DNA of 34,036 bases, taken from the IMG/VR virus record IMGVR_UViG_3300027813_001929, positions 1-34,036 of that record. One strand, given 5' to 3'. Made by a program: the position numbers and the translations under genes. The notes beneath the pieces were generated by a model that saw only the letters and a list, made by a program, of their open reading frames with translations, was not told the DNA's origin and did no database searches. The stretch is from a virus (taxonomy: Duplodnaviria > Caudoviricetes). Shown piece after piece: positions 8,393-16,637 of the stretch (positions within the stretch are counted from its first letter, which is position 1; the number at the start of each line of letters is the position of its first letter).

Positions 8393-9109
8393 TTATATCC
8401 TTTTTAAAACTAGGGACTTATTTTTATTTTCAAATACAAGTTTATCCCCGTACTTACTTATATTGTAGTCGCCCATATACTTAGTTAGGAACATAAGTTC
8501 TGGGTATGAATTTAAAACATCGAATGTTTCAGTAATTTGTGTTACAACTTTATTTGTGTCTCCAAAGTCTAAAACTTCAAATGCTAGTGTGTCTGCATAT
8601 GCTTTTTTAATAGACAGTGTAGTATCTTCCATTACAATATCTTCTAGGTAACTATTGGTGAAGAAGTTCTTATAGTTATTAAGATTACTTTCAGAAACTG
8701 TTATGCCGTAGTTATCAGGATCTAATGGAACTTCTCTATCTAAGTTTTCCATTGATACTTTAAAACTTTTAAATCCTTTATAGTAACGGAATTTAAAATT
8801 ATCTACAGATGCTAGCTTTGATACTCCGTCAACTATTTCCATAATATTTTCGTTAGCTGATCTATCTCTTTCTAGTTCAACAAACACTCTATATGCACCA
8901 TCACTCTGTTCTCCAGCAGTGACATCACTGTCAAGTATAAAGCTATATCCGCCTTCTAAAAATCTCATTAAGTCATCAGCAGGGTTTTTATCACCAACAG
9001 TAAAACTAAGTGTAACAATATTCTTATCATCGCCCATTTTACTAGCATATGAATCAATCTCAAAAATGTGATGTACTAAATCTTTTAAGTCGCCAATTCT
9101 TAGTCCCAT
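8393..9109 (-). CDS. Conserved hypothetical phage protein (238 aa)
   Basis: Long, tightly packed ORF; no function assigned. Confidence 0.8.
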   Translation of the reverse strand: MGLRIGDLKDLVHHIFEIDSYASKMGDDKNIVTLSFTVGDKNPADDLMRFLEGGYSFILDSDVTAGEQSDGAYRVFVELERDRSANENIMEIVDGVSKLASVDNFKFRYYKGFKSFKVSMENLDREVPLDPDNYGITVSESNLNNYKNFFTNSYLEDIVMEDTTLSIKKAYADTLAFEVLDFGDTNKVVTQITETFDVLNSYPELMFLTKYMGDYNISKYGDKLVFENKNKSLVLKRI

Positions 9110-9110
9110 A

Positions 9111-9635
9111 TTATACAGCCTCCCCAGCTGCTTCCGGAGCTGCTACTGCTGTTTGATCAACAGTTTGGTCAGCCGCTTGTGGAGTTTCTTGAGCCGTTAT
9201 ATTTGCTAATTCTTCAACAGTGCTAGAACCACTATAGATGTCTGCAATTAATTTTTTAGGCATTTGAATTTTTACAACCCATATTGGTTCACGATCAAGT
9301 TTACCTTTTTTACTGCCTGGACGAATGTCGGCTTGTGAACGAATCTTACGTGGCTTAATAACATAGTCCTTGCCCATAAACACTTTGCAATCATAATCTA
9401 ATAATCGCTGTCCGCCCATTGGGTCTGGCATCTTATTACGATCCCACATAAACGAGCAGGTAACCCAATGTCTATCAATAACTGGACCTTCGGCTAATTC
9501 GCCATCTTCCCAGTTAGCATACACATATATGTCCAACTCGTCTAATACTCTTTCAAAATCTTTTAGTACTTGAAATGAAGTGTTACTGTCGTAAATGCCT
9601 TCAATGTTCTTTACAATGTCGTAGATATCTTGCAT
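9111..9635 (-). CDS. Conserved hypothetical phage protein (174 aa)
   Basis: AGGAAG RBS and late motif upstream; contains DFERVLDELDIYVYANW and MPDPMGG. Confidence 0.8.
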   Translation of the reverse strand: MQDIYDIVKNIEGIYDSNTSFQVLKDFERVLDELDIYVYANWEDGELAEGPVIDRHWVTCSFMWDRNKMPDPMGGQRLLDYDCKVFMGKDYVIKPRKIRSQADIRPGSKKGKLDREPIWVVKIQMPKKLIADIYSGSSTVEELANITAQETPQAADQTVDQTAVAAPEAAGEAV

Positions 9636-9660
9636 GTGGCTTCCTATAATCTTATACAGT

Positions 9661-9667
9661 TATTTAT
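9661..9667 (-). promoter_or_regulatory. T4-late-like promoter motif ATAAATA, driving the leftward operon that includes the lysis genes
   Basis: In the divergent intergenic gap, 25 nt upstream of ATG 9635; not part of a gene's stop codon. Confidence 0.6.
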
Positions 9668-9712
9668 CACCGTTTTACAGTTAACAACTATTTTTACTCG
9701 TCGCTCTCGATG

Positions 9713-9719
9713 CTAAATA
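9713..9719 (+). promoter_or_regulatory. T4-late-like promoter motif CTAAATA for phoH
   Basis: On the plus strand upstream of the only plus-strand gene; no sigma70 -35 seen. Confidence 0.55.
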
Positions 9720-9785
9720 TCTTTGTAGGGCAGAAGCTTTACTATCAAAGCAAACGCCGTACTCCATAAACCAGGAGGAAACTTA

Positions 9786-10529
9786 ATGGGTGCAAAGAGA
9801 AAACTTGCTGCTAAATCAAAGCAGCATGCTAACAACAATTATGATAATGTAATTAATATCAAATCCAAGGGCCAACAGGTCCAAAAGAAATCAACAGTTT
9901 CGATACTTCCAAGAAATAGAAATCAAGAACAATACGTGTTAACCTTGCTAGACCCTAAGAAAGACATAGTCTTTGGTGTTGGTCCAGCAGGAACAGGCAA
10001 AACCCTTTTGGCTGTGCAAGTAGCGGTTAAACTATTTAAAGAAGGCGCAGTTGATAAGATCATCGTAACTAGACCAGCAGTATCGGTCGACGAAGATCTA
10101 GGATTTTTACCAGGCACATTAGAAGAAAAAATGGCACCATGGACTCGACCAATATTTGATGTATTGAGAGAGTATTTTCATGCAAAAGAAATTGAGGGGA
10201 TGATTGAAGAAGGAATAATTGAAATTGCTCCGCTAGCATATATGCGAGGCAGAACATTTAAAGATGCATTTATACTTGCAGATGAAATGCAAAATGCAAC
10301 ACCAAATCAAATGAAAATGTTACTTACACGTTTAGGTACTGGCAGCCAGATGGCAGTGACCGGTGATCTTAATCAAGCAGATAGGATTAAAGATAACGGT
10401 CTATTAGACTTTACTAGACTATTAACCGAAAGTAATTCAGATAGTTTGGACGTAGTCCAGTTTGATCAAGGAGATATAGAACGTCACAAAGCAGTGGCAG
10501 AAGTCCTAAGAGTTTATGGAGACGAGTAA
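9786..10529 (+). CDS. phoH: PhoH-like ATPase
   Basis: GPAGTGKT, TRPAV, LGFLPG, APLAYMRGRTF, ADEMQN, TRLG, GDLNQAD, RH; AGGAGG RBS. Confidence 0.97.
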   Translation: MGAKRKLAAKSKQHANNNYDNVINIKSKGQQVQKKSTVSILPRNRNQEQYVLTLLDPKKDIVFGVGPAGTGKTLLAVQVAVKLFKEGAVDKIIVTRPAVSVDEDLGFLPGTLEEKMAPWTRPIFDVLREYFHAKEIEGMIEEGIIEIAPLAYMRGRTFKDAFILADEMQNATPNQMKMLLTRLGTGSQMAVTGDLNQADRIKDNGLLDFTRLLTESNSDSLDVVQFDQGDIERHKAVAEVLRVYGDE

Positions 10530-10538
10530 GCTCTAAAA

Positions 10539-10565
10539 TTAAAGGGGGCTTTATGTCCCCTTTAA
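10539..10565. terminator. Bidirectional intrinsic terminator between convergent genes
   Basis: TTAAAGGGGGC-TTTAT-GTCCCCTTTAA stem-loop between the phoH stop (10529) and the stop at 10570. Confidence 0.8.
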
Positions 10566-10569
10566 CATT

Positions 10570-10788
10570 TCAGTAACACCAAATTATTAGTGCAATTATA
10601 GCGATAGCAAATGCTGCAATCTTTTTCGTATGACGAACAGGCTTTGGCACTACTATTGGTGCTTCCATATTACCGTAACCAGATTCCCAATCCCAATGTG
10701 CTTTAGACTTGATCATATGAGGATGTTGAATCCTAGTCCTACGATCTTCTTCTTTCTGCTCATCAGTTAGCTTATGCTTAGATTTCAT
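10570..10788 (-). CDS. Small protein with a C-terminal transmembrane anchor
   Basis: Ends KKIAAFAIAIIALIIWCY. Confidence 0.65.
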   Translation of the reverse strand: MKSKHKLTDEQKEEDRRTRIQHPHMIKSKAHWDWESGYGNMEAPIVVPKPVRHTKKIAAFAIAIIALIIWCY

Positions 10789-11002
10789 TTTTTATCGTTG
10801 CTAATAGGTATTCATTTTTAGACCATACATATGTCCAACTACGTCCTTTGATAGGCGGCTTACCTAAGTTATCGTAATATGTATGTTGGATGTAATATTT
10901 CTCTAGCCATATACGTTTTTGCGATCCGCTACGCACAGGCAACCAAGCAAACTTTTCTTCTACAGACCGTTGCGGATCTGCTTGCCAGTTGGCACCCATC
11001 AT
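10778..11002 (-). CDS. Hypothetical protein (about 74 aa)
   Basis: ATG 11002 directly after the thyA stop (track start 11044); contains KFAWLPVR...RIWLEKY. Confidence 0.65.
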   Translation of the reverse strand: MMGANWQADPQRSVEEKFAWLPVRSGSQKRIWLEKYYIQHTYYDNLGKPPIKGRSWTYVWSKNEYLLATIKNEI

Positions 11003-11003
11003 G

Positions 11004-11879
11004 TTATACAGCCATTGGCGCTTTAATACTAGCCATCGGATCATAGTCTAAGAGCTTATATACGCTTGTTGTAGTGCTTAATAGTTCGTCGAGCGTACTA
11101 AACGTGGGCATGTGTAATGTAGGTCCTTTAACAGGGGTACGTTGAAGTTGCTGTTGTACTTGATCCATATGATTCTGATAGATGTGACAATCGCCGCCGC
11201 TCCATACAAAGTCGCCTACTTCTAGTCCTGCAATTTGTGCAAGCATATGTGTAAGCAAACTGTAGCTTGCAATGTTAAACGGTACACCTAAGAACATGTC
11301 TGCACTACGTTGATATAGTTGACAACTTAGTTTGCCGTTGGTTACTTTAAATTGTGCAAGTGCATGACACGGTGGTAACGTCATTGCGGCAAGTTGGTTA
11401 GGGTTCCACGCACTTAGAATAATGCGTCTACTATCTGGATCATTTTTAAGTTGATTAATTATTGTAGTAATCTGATCAATGCCACTAAGCATTGGTGCGC
11501 TATTGTGCATGTGTCCGTTAAAGTTACGCCATTGATGACCATATACAGGGCCTAGTTGTCCTTCTAGGTATCCTAACGCTTTACCTTGTGCGTTAGCATT
11601 AGCAGTCCAAATAGTATTCTTTCCTTCTAACTCTGAACGATCTTTTTCAAATGTAATTTCAGCAAGTCTACGCTCGTCTCTACTACCTTCTAAGAACCAC
11701 AGTAGTTCGCCTACAACACTTTTCCAAGCTAACCGCTTAGTAGTTACTGCGGGGAAACTATCACGCAAATTAAAGCGCATTTGATAGCCAAACACGCTAC
11801 GTGTGCCTACACCTGTGCGATCACTTACGTCTTCACCGTTCTCTAATATATGCTCTAGGGCATCTAAATACTGCTTCAT
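11004..11879 (-). CDS. thyA: Thymidylate synthase ThyA
   Basis: [63 protein letters not shown]; ATG 11879 (MKQY) has an ATGA overlap with the DHFR stop. Confidence 0.97.
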   Translation of the reverse strand: MKQYLDALEHILENGEDVSDRTGVGTRSVFGYQMRFNLRDSFPAVTTKRLAWKSVVGELLWFLEGSRDERRLAEITFEKDRSELEGKNTIWTANANAQGKALGYLEGQLGPVYGHQWRNFNGHMHNSAPMLSGIDQITTIINQLKNDPDSRRIILSAWNPNQLAAMTLPPCHALAQFKVTNGKLSCQLYQRSADMFLGVPFNIASYSLLTHMLAQIAGLEVGDFVWSGGDCHIYQNHMDQVQQQLQRTPVKGPTLHMPTFSTLDELLSTTTSVYKLLDYDPMASIKAPMAV

Positions 11880-12370
11880 ATAGTTCGCCGCTTCCAAATT
11901 TCAAATGTTACGTCATCTTCTTCTTCTATCCAGCTACGATAAAACAAACTTTCAATCTTCTTCAATGGAAGGAATGTATCACAAGCGTATGCACCTGGGA
12001 TACGACTTAGATAAAATTCGTCGATCACTCCTAGTGTTTGTTCAATAATATTTGGTCCACCGATAATCCACGTAGTAATATTAGGATTCTTATTTGCTAG
12101 TTCTCTTACATTAAAAATTAAGTTGCCGTTCATATACTCGTGTGCGCCAGGATAGTCATCTTTACGAGATGTTACTAGTACATTAGTACGCTTAGGTAAC
12201 GGGCGTGGCATATCAGGATCTTCCCAAGTAGTAGATCCCATTACAACAATGTCATTAACTGTATTACTTTTAAACCATTTAAGGTCTGTGCTATTATGGG
12301 GCCAGGGCAATGTACCGTTTTTACTTACGCCGCCGTAGTCATCACATGCTAGAATTGCTTTGATTGTCAT
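11876..12370 (-). CDS. folA: Dihydrofolate reductase
   Basis: [43 protein letters not shown]. Confidence 0.93.
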   Translation of the reverse strand: MTIKAILACDDYGGVSKNGTLPWPHNSTDLKWFKSNTVNDIVVMGSTTWEDPDMPRPLPKRTNVLVTSRKDDYPGAHEYMNGNLIFNVRELANKNPNITTWIIGGPNIIEQTLGVIDEFYLSRIPGAYACDTFLPLKKIESLFYRSWIEEEDDVTFEIWKRRTI

Positions 12371-12551
12371 CTAATATCCTTTTCATAGTATCGCTTGCTA
12401 TAGTAGTAAATACTCTAGGAGCAACACTGTGTATAATAATTGCTGGTACTAGCAATTGTAATTGTAATGCAATTTTAAGAGCATGCAACATGTGTTGCAT
12501 AGCTGTCATATTTGTATTTTTGAGATGTAGTTTGCATTGTTTACTAAACAT
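12342..12551 (-). CDS. Small hypothetical membrane-associated protein (DUF6356-like)
   Basis: Pattern HL...T..QHM..AL...IIHSV.P..FT..AS resembles that family, from memory only. Confidence 0.55.
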   Translation of the reverse strand: MFSKQCKLHLKNTNMTAMQHMLHALKIALQLQLLVPAIIIHSVAPRVFTTIASDTMKRILDDNQSNSSM

Positions 12552-12904
12552 TAGTCGCCCTTTCCAGGTGCTGGGTTAAAATGGTCTTCAAATTTATTAG
12601 GAATATTATCCCATTCAGCAGCATCCGTCGGAACATCTTCTGGACGTGGTGATGTAATAACAGGCCAGATTAAACTATATTCGAGGTTAATTGCCGTCCA
12701 TTTTTCTTGCTGTTCGAAATCCATAGTATTATCAGCTACAATAGCATCTACTGGACATTCCGGTTCACATACTCCGCAGTCAATACATTCATCTGGGTTA
12801 ATAACTAACATGTTCTCACCTTCGTAAAAACAGTCAACTGGACAGACTGATACACAGTCCATATGCTTACATTTAACACAATTGTCAGTTACTAAGTATG
12901 TCAT
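12551..12904 (-). CDS. fdxA: Ferredoxin FdxA (7Fe/dicluster type)
   Basis: [55 protein letters not shown]; C-terminus FNPAPGKGD resembles alphaproteobacterial FdxA. Confidence 0.95.
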   Translation of the reverse strand: MTYLVTDNCVKCKHMDCVSVCPVDCFYEGENMLVINPDECIDCGVCEPECPVDAIVADNTMDFEQQEKWTAINLEYSLIWPVITSPRPEDVPTDAAEWDNIPNKFEDHFNPAPGKGD

Positions 12905-12907
12905 ATA

Positions 12908-13822
12908 TTAAATTCTCCCAAGTCTAATTAAGGTTGCTGCTAAATTAATTTCAGCATCGGCAACTAGTGCATGATCTACTAGTCCTTGTTTAATAGTTAA
13001 TACTGCTGCATCTTGTTGTGCATCGTCACCAAACAATTCAATGTTATCATACAGCCAGCGATAGATCTCTTCCATCTCTTCTGGACGAACTGAACCACAA
13101 AGTAATTTACGTGCATCGTTAATTTTACCTTGCTTAAATAGTTCTACCATGTCTAGCTTCCAATCACTGTTACCAGTGTCGCCTTCATTAGGACGAAGCA
13201 AGCTGCCTTCTTGTACATTCATCTGGCACATATTTATACACTTACGTAAGTCTGGATATGTTGCTTTAACATATGTATCAAGAATATCTAAGTCCGGAGT
13301 AATACCTTCTGTAATAAGAATAGTTGCAACTCGTGCTGTGAATTCTGTCTGGTCAACTTTAGCAATATGAAAGCCTTGACAACGACTATGAATAGCAGGA
13401 ATAATTCTGTTTTCATAATTGCATGTTAAAACAAATCTTGCAGTTGAGTGATACTCTTCCATAACACCACGTAGTGCTGCTTGTGCGTTAGGTGACAAAT
13501 AATCAGCCTCGTCAAGTAGTACAACCTTAAAGTCACCAAACGGAATCATTTGTACAAAGTTAACAATCTTATTACGGACGTCTTCTACTGAGTTTGTACG
13601 CGATGCGTTAATTTCTAAAACATCTAACGGATTAAGATCTAGTTCGTTAAACAACAGTTTAGCAAGTGTTGTCTTACCGATGCCGGCAGCACCACTAAAC
13701 AACAAATGCGGAATACTTTTGTCTTCAATCCAAGTCTTTACTTGTTTCTTTTGTGCTTCGTCTCGGAACACATAACCGTCAACTGTCTTTGGTCGGTACT
13801 TCTCTACCCATAATTCTTTCAA
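12908..13822 (-). CDS. Clamp loader small subunit (RFC-S / T4 gp44-like)
   Basis: WVEKYRP, GAAGIGKTT, EINAS, LLDEADYLS, AQAALR, SRC. TTG at 13822 is preceded by GGAG (track start 13846). Confidence 0.93.
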   Translation of the reverse strand: MKELWVEKYRPKTVDGYVFRDEAQKKQVKTWIEDKSIPHLLFSGAAGIGKTTLAKLLFNELDLNPLDVLEINASRTNSVEDVRNKIVNFVQMIPFGDFKVVLLDEADYLSPNAQAALRGVMEEYHSTARFVLTCNYENRIIPAIHSRCQGFHIAKVDQTEFTARVATILITEGITPDLDILDTYVKATYPDLRKCINMCQMNVQEGSLLRPNEGDTGNSDWKLDMVELFKQGKINDARKLLCGSVRPEEMEEIYRWLYDNIELFGDDAQQDAAVLTIKQGLVDHALVADAEINLAATLIRLGRI

Positions 13823-13892
13823 GTTCTTCTCCGTATTGTTGTTCAAATTTATCTGCTAGCTCGTTCATGATATCGCTATCATCATCTAACAT
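13779..13892 (-). CDS. Small acidic peptide (37 aa; 50 aa if started at ATG 13931)
   Basis: Not in the track. MLDDDSDIMNELADKFEQQYGEELERIMGREVPTKDS*; the ATG sits at the expected +1 of a sigma70 promoter. Confidence 0.45.
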   Translation of the reverse strand: MLDDDSDIMNELADKFEQQYGEELERIMGREVPTKDS

Positions 13893-13899
13893 ATCACTT

Positions 13900-13928
13900 A
13901 CTTTAACACGTTTAACATTATTTGTCAA
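13900..13928 (-). promoter_or_regulatory. sigma70-type promoter
   Basis: TTGACA (13928-13923), 17 bp, TAAAGT (13905-13900), with an extended TG. Confidence 0.65.
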
Positions 13929-13933
13929 CATTG

Positions 13934-14134
13934 TTATTTCTTCTTAGCTGGCTTCTTGGCATCTGCAGTAGCAGCAGTAGCAGCAGGTTTCTTACGTCTG
14001 CCATAAAAGCTATAAGAAGTTTCGAGATTTTCAGTTCTTTCTCCGTATCCAAACTTTTGTATTTCGCCGCCTTTGGCTAAAAATTCTTCTACATCTTTAT
14101 CGTGTTGATTTTGTTCTCTTGGTGGAGGATTCAT
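13934..14134 (-). CDS. Small protein with a SutA-like RNA-polymerase-binding motif
   Basis: DKDVEEFLAKGGEIQKF; K/A-rich basic tail. Confidence 0.6.
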   Translation of the reverse strand: MNPPPREQNQHDKDVEEFLAKGGEIQKFGYGERTENLETSYSFYGRRKKPAATAATADAKKPAKKK

Positions 14135-14667
14135 CGTTTAAGTCCTAACTGGTTGTAAGCAATTTGAATTGCTTTTGATTGAAAATATGCATCGGCTAAT
14201 GCATTGTGTAAATTGCTTTGCATTCCTTTACGTGGATCGCTTTCACAACATCCAAAAAGGGTCCTAGAATCCCGTATAATCCAAAAGTTCCACGGAATCG
14301 GCTTTGCAGCGCGGCGGAACATGTCTTCTAGTATGGTATAGTCAAAACCATATCCTTGTCCCCATAATGTATCAATACCAACGACCCACTTGCTAATTTG
14401 ACGTAGAGCTTCATCTACGCTAACAGCACCAGTTTGGTCAAAGGCTTCTTCCATGATCTTTGGATCTTGTTTGCCCCACCATTCAATAGTGCTGTCACTT
14501 GCAGTACGTCCTAGTGTATCTTGTTCATCAATATTAATTTTAAGATACAACTCAGAGTGTGGTTCGCTATCGTTCAGCGGATTAAATTTAACTGCACCTA
14601 GTGATAGGACAGTTGCTGACGGACTAGTATCAATAGTTTCTAAGTCAATAGTGCCGTGTGTTGCCAA
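14131..14667 (-). CDS. DEDDh 3'-5' exonuclease (Rv2179c-like)
   Basis: IDLET, WGQG..FDY.IL, PWNFW..RDSRT, HNALADA; TTG start with AAGGAG RBS. Confidence 0.88.
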   Translation of the reverse strand: MATHGTIDLETIDTSPSATVLSLGAVKFNPLNDSEPHSELYLKINIDEQDTLGRTASDSTIEWWGKQDPKIMEEAFDQTGAVSVDEALRQISKWVVGIDTLWGQGYGFDYTILEDMFRRAAKPIPWNFWIIRDSRTLFGCCESDPRKGMQSNLHNALADAYFQSKAIQIAYNQLGLKR

Positions 14668-14696
14668 AAGAAAACTCCTTAATTATATTATACACT

Positions 14697-14725
14697 ATTA
14701 TAGCATATAGTAACTAAGGAGTCAA
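14697..14725 (-). promoter_or_regulatory. Strong sigma70-type promoter embedded in an anti-SD hairpin (14674-14722)
   Basis: TTGACT (14725-14720), 17 bp, TATAAT (14702-14697), extended TGn. Confidence 0.8.
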
Positions 14726-14732
14726 GTAGTTT

Positions 14733-15461
14733 TTAAATATTATTTTTGGTATAGATTGAAGTTTCAAATCCAGTTGTTAAGTCTATCATTTCACCTGCTG
14801 TGAAATACTTAACCACCTTGTCGGCAAGTGCCTTATGGTTTCTTTCTGTGAGATGATTATAACGACTGTCTGCTGTCTTAGTATAAAACAACCCCATAGT
14901 TTCTTCACTATCAAATTCATTAGAACTAGCATCTGATAAAGTACCAACTATACCTGAGATATTATGAAACCCTGGTATAATTAAAAGTTTAACACCTTTA
15001 CGTTCTAATATTACACTAGAACTAAACATTGCAGAAACAAATGCTTGATAAATTATCTTGTAACGTTCTTCAAAGTATAAATTTTTATAAAACATATCTA
15101 TAGCTTTTTGTGTTTGTTTTGGTATTTCGGTTCTACTACTTACATTAGTTGACTCAAAATTTGAAAGATGAGGTTTATCTTCAATAAACCATTGCCTGTC
15201 ATATGATGATAACTGTACAATGACCTGATCCCCTGCCTGCATCTCATCAAATCTATGAAGAAGCCCTTGATAGATATATTCGTTCGGGCATCCTAAAATA
15301 GCATCATTTATATGTGTAGCACTGCCATTTAACTTTTCACTGACTAACCCACACCAGTTCATTTCTAAACTTTGGTAAGGATAGTCAGATTGATCACTAA
15401 AAGTAATCTGAGTTAATTGTTCGTGTGGTGAAGAAAAACTATCGCCAAACACATAAAGCAT
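14733..15461 (-). CDS. SGNH/GDSL-hydrolase-like protein
   Basis: N-terminal VFGDSF (block I) and C-terminal NH(L) His motif. Confidence 0.65.
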   Translation of the reverse strand: MLYVFGDSFSSPHEQLTQITFSDQSDYPYQSLEMNWCGLVSEKLNGSATHINDAILGCPNEYIYQGLLHRFDEMQAGDQVIVQLSSYDRQWFIEDKPHLSNFESTNVSSRTEIPKQTQKAIDMFYKNLYFEERYKIIYQAFVSAMFSSSVILERKGVKLLIIPGFHNISGIVGTLSDASSNEFDSEETMGLFYTKTADSRYNHLTERNHKALADKVVKYFTAGEMIDLTTGFETSIYTKNNI

Positions 15462-15463
15462 AG

Positions 15464-15820
15464 TTACACAAACGCTGTTAAATCAGGTGCAACCCAACCT
15501 TCTGGCTTTAGTACTTTTCCATCTTCACGTTTTTCAAACGGTTTGCCCGTCTTGTCGTCAATCTTTGCAAAGTTAGTTTTCATTACTTCTTTCCAAGCAC
15601 CTTCGCCGTTAAATCCTGCGGCTCTGATAGCACCCATAGTAACAACCAAGATGTCAATTAGTGCATCAAGTTGTTCTACATCGTCATTGTTGCCAAGTGC
15701 AGTTTGTAACTCTGTATATTCCTCGTCAATAAGACCAATATACATTTCATAGTTTTCTGGGCTTGCTGGTTGATCACATGCTGTTGCAAATGTGTCAATG
15801 TCTTTAAATACGTCTGTCAT
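15464..15820 (-). CDS. MazG-like NTP pyrophosphohydrolase
   Basis: EEYTEL...EQLDALIDILVV, N..K, REDGKVLKP. Confidence 0.85.
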   Translation of the reverse strand: MTDVFKDIDTFATACDQPASPENYEMYIGLIDEEYTELQTALGNNDDVEQLDALIDILVVTMGAIRAAGFNGEGAWKEVMKTNFAKIDDKTGKPFEKREDGKVLKPEGWVAPDLTAFV

Positions 15821-15867
15821 AATTTTTTCCTTTAATATTGTGGGTTAACGAATTGTGAATGTATTCG

Positions 15868-16290
15868 TCATTGTGCTAATGCTCCTGATGAATTCACAAA
15901 TGAACTTGGATCTACAGTAGCATGTTCGCCATCTGAGTATTCTGATCCGATATAGATATCATTTGGTTTCTCTTCTGAGTAGCCAAATATACTGTCAGTT
16001 TCTACCATACGAACTTCAATTTCTCCTTCTGGAGTATTTATCGTCATTGCGCGAGTCCACCGACCGTGTTCTACAAGAATCCAGTGTCCGACTTCAAACA
16101 CTTCTTTGTTCTGTGGCCCTTTAGAATAAACTTTAGCCCAACGCGGATAAATTCCTCGTGTAGTGCCATCATCATCTTTAATGATAAGACCGCTTGCTGT
16201 TTTTTGTTCTCCAAAAAACATATCTGTTACAAGTGTCCGATCGCCTACTGCTCTCGGTGTACCGTTTATTGTGTTTAAGTTTAACGCCAT
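15868..16290 (-). CDS. GroES-like co-chaperonin (functional analogue of T4 gp31)
   Basis: PRAVGDRTLV...EQKTASGLII (mobile loop)...VYSKGP...VGHWIL; C-terminal extension. Confidence 0.8.
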   Translation of the reverse strand: MALNLNTINGTPRAVGDRTLVTDMFFGEQKTASGLIIKDDDGTTRGIYPRWAKVYSKGPQNKEVFEVGHWILVEHGRWTRAMTINTPEGEIEVRMVETDSIFGYSEEKPNDIYIGSEYSDGEHATVDPSSFVNSSGALAQ

Positions 16291-16293
16291 TTA

Positions 16294-16602
16294 TTAGTTA
16301 CCTTTTTGTACAAAATTTCCGTCGTCATCTTCTTCCCACTCAGCAGCTTCTGCCTCTGTAGGTTGTTTTTTTGCCACAGGTTGTTCTTCCTGCATGCCTT
16401 CGGCTGCTGCATAATAGTCTTTGAGAAGATCTTCTTTCTTACGAACAATCCTTCCACCTGCACCTAATTCATCGCCTCGAGCATTTACTCTAGCATTACC
16501 TACTGCCGGAGTTAATTCATTACGCTGACGTAACATATCCATATCAACGGCCTTGCCGTTAGCACTTCTGTGGACTATGCGTCCTGGTTGTTTCATTGCC
16601 AT
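16294..16602 (-). CDS. Conserved hypothetical phage protein (102 aa)
   Basis: AGGAGG RBS; RSANGK.VDM..L...NE.T.AVGN..VNARGDELG.GG. Confidence 0.8.
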   Translation of the reverse strand: MAMKQPGRIVHRSANGKAVDMDMLRQRNELTPAVGNARVNARGDELGAGGRIVRKKEDLLKDYYAAAEGMQEEQPVAKKQPTEAEAAEWEEDDDGNFVQKGN

Positions 16603-16630
16603 GTTAATAGCCTCCTTTTAGTTATAGTAT

Positions 16631-16637
16631 TACTTAT
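16631..16637 (-). promoter_or_regulatory. T4-late-like promoter motif ATAAGTA
   Basis: 28 nt upstream of ATG 16602; overlaps the stop of the DnaE fragment. Confidence 0.4.

Noticed and set aside
9923-10257. Minus-strand ORFs inside phoH
   Set aside because: They are antisense to a highly conserved gene and have no supporting signals.
2578-13846. Bacterial chromosome or prophage-flank interpretation of clpA, def, dnaJ, thyA, folA, fdxA
   Set aside because: These genes are interleaved with endolysin/spanins, an RFC loader and virion genes, with overlapping phage-style packing. No integrase or att site is seen.
15846-15870. Short inverted repeat ACGAAT/ATTCGT after the groES-like gene
   Set aside because: A weak 6-8 bp AT-rich stem without a U-tract; not convincing as a terminator.
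16281-16463. Alternative-frame ORF inside 16294..16602 (likewise 23389..23577 inside the fibre gene)
   Set aside because: Out-of-frame overlaps without an RBS; the host-frame ORFs explain the sequence.
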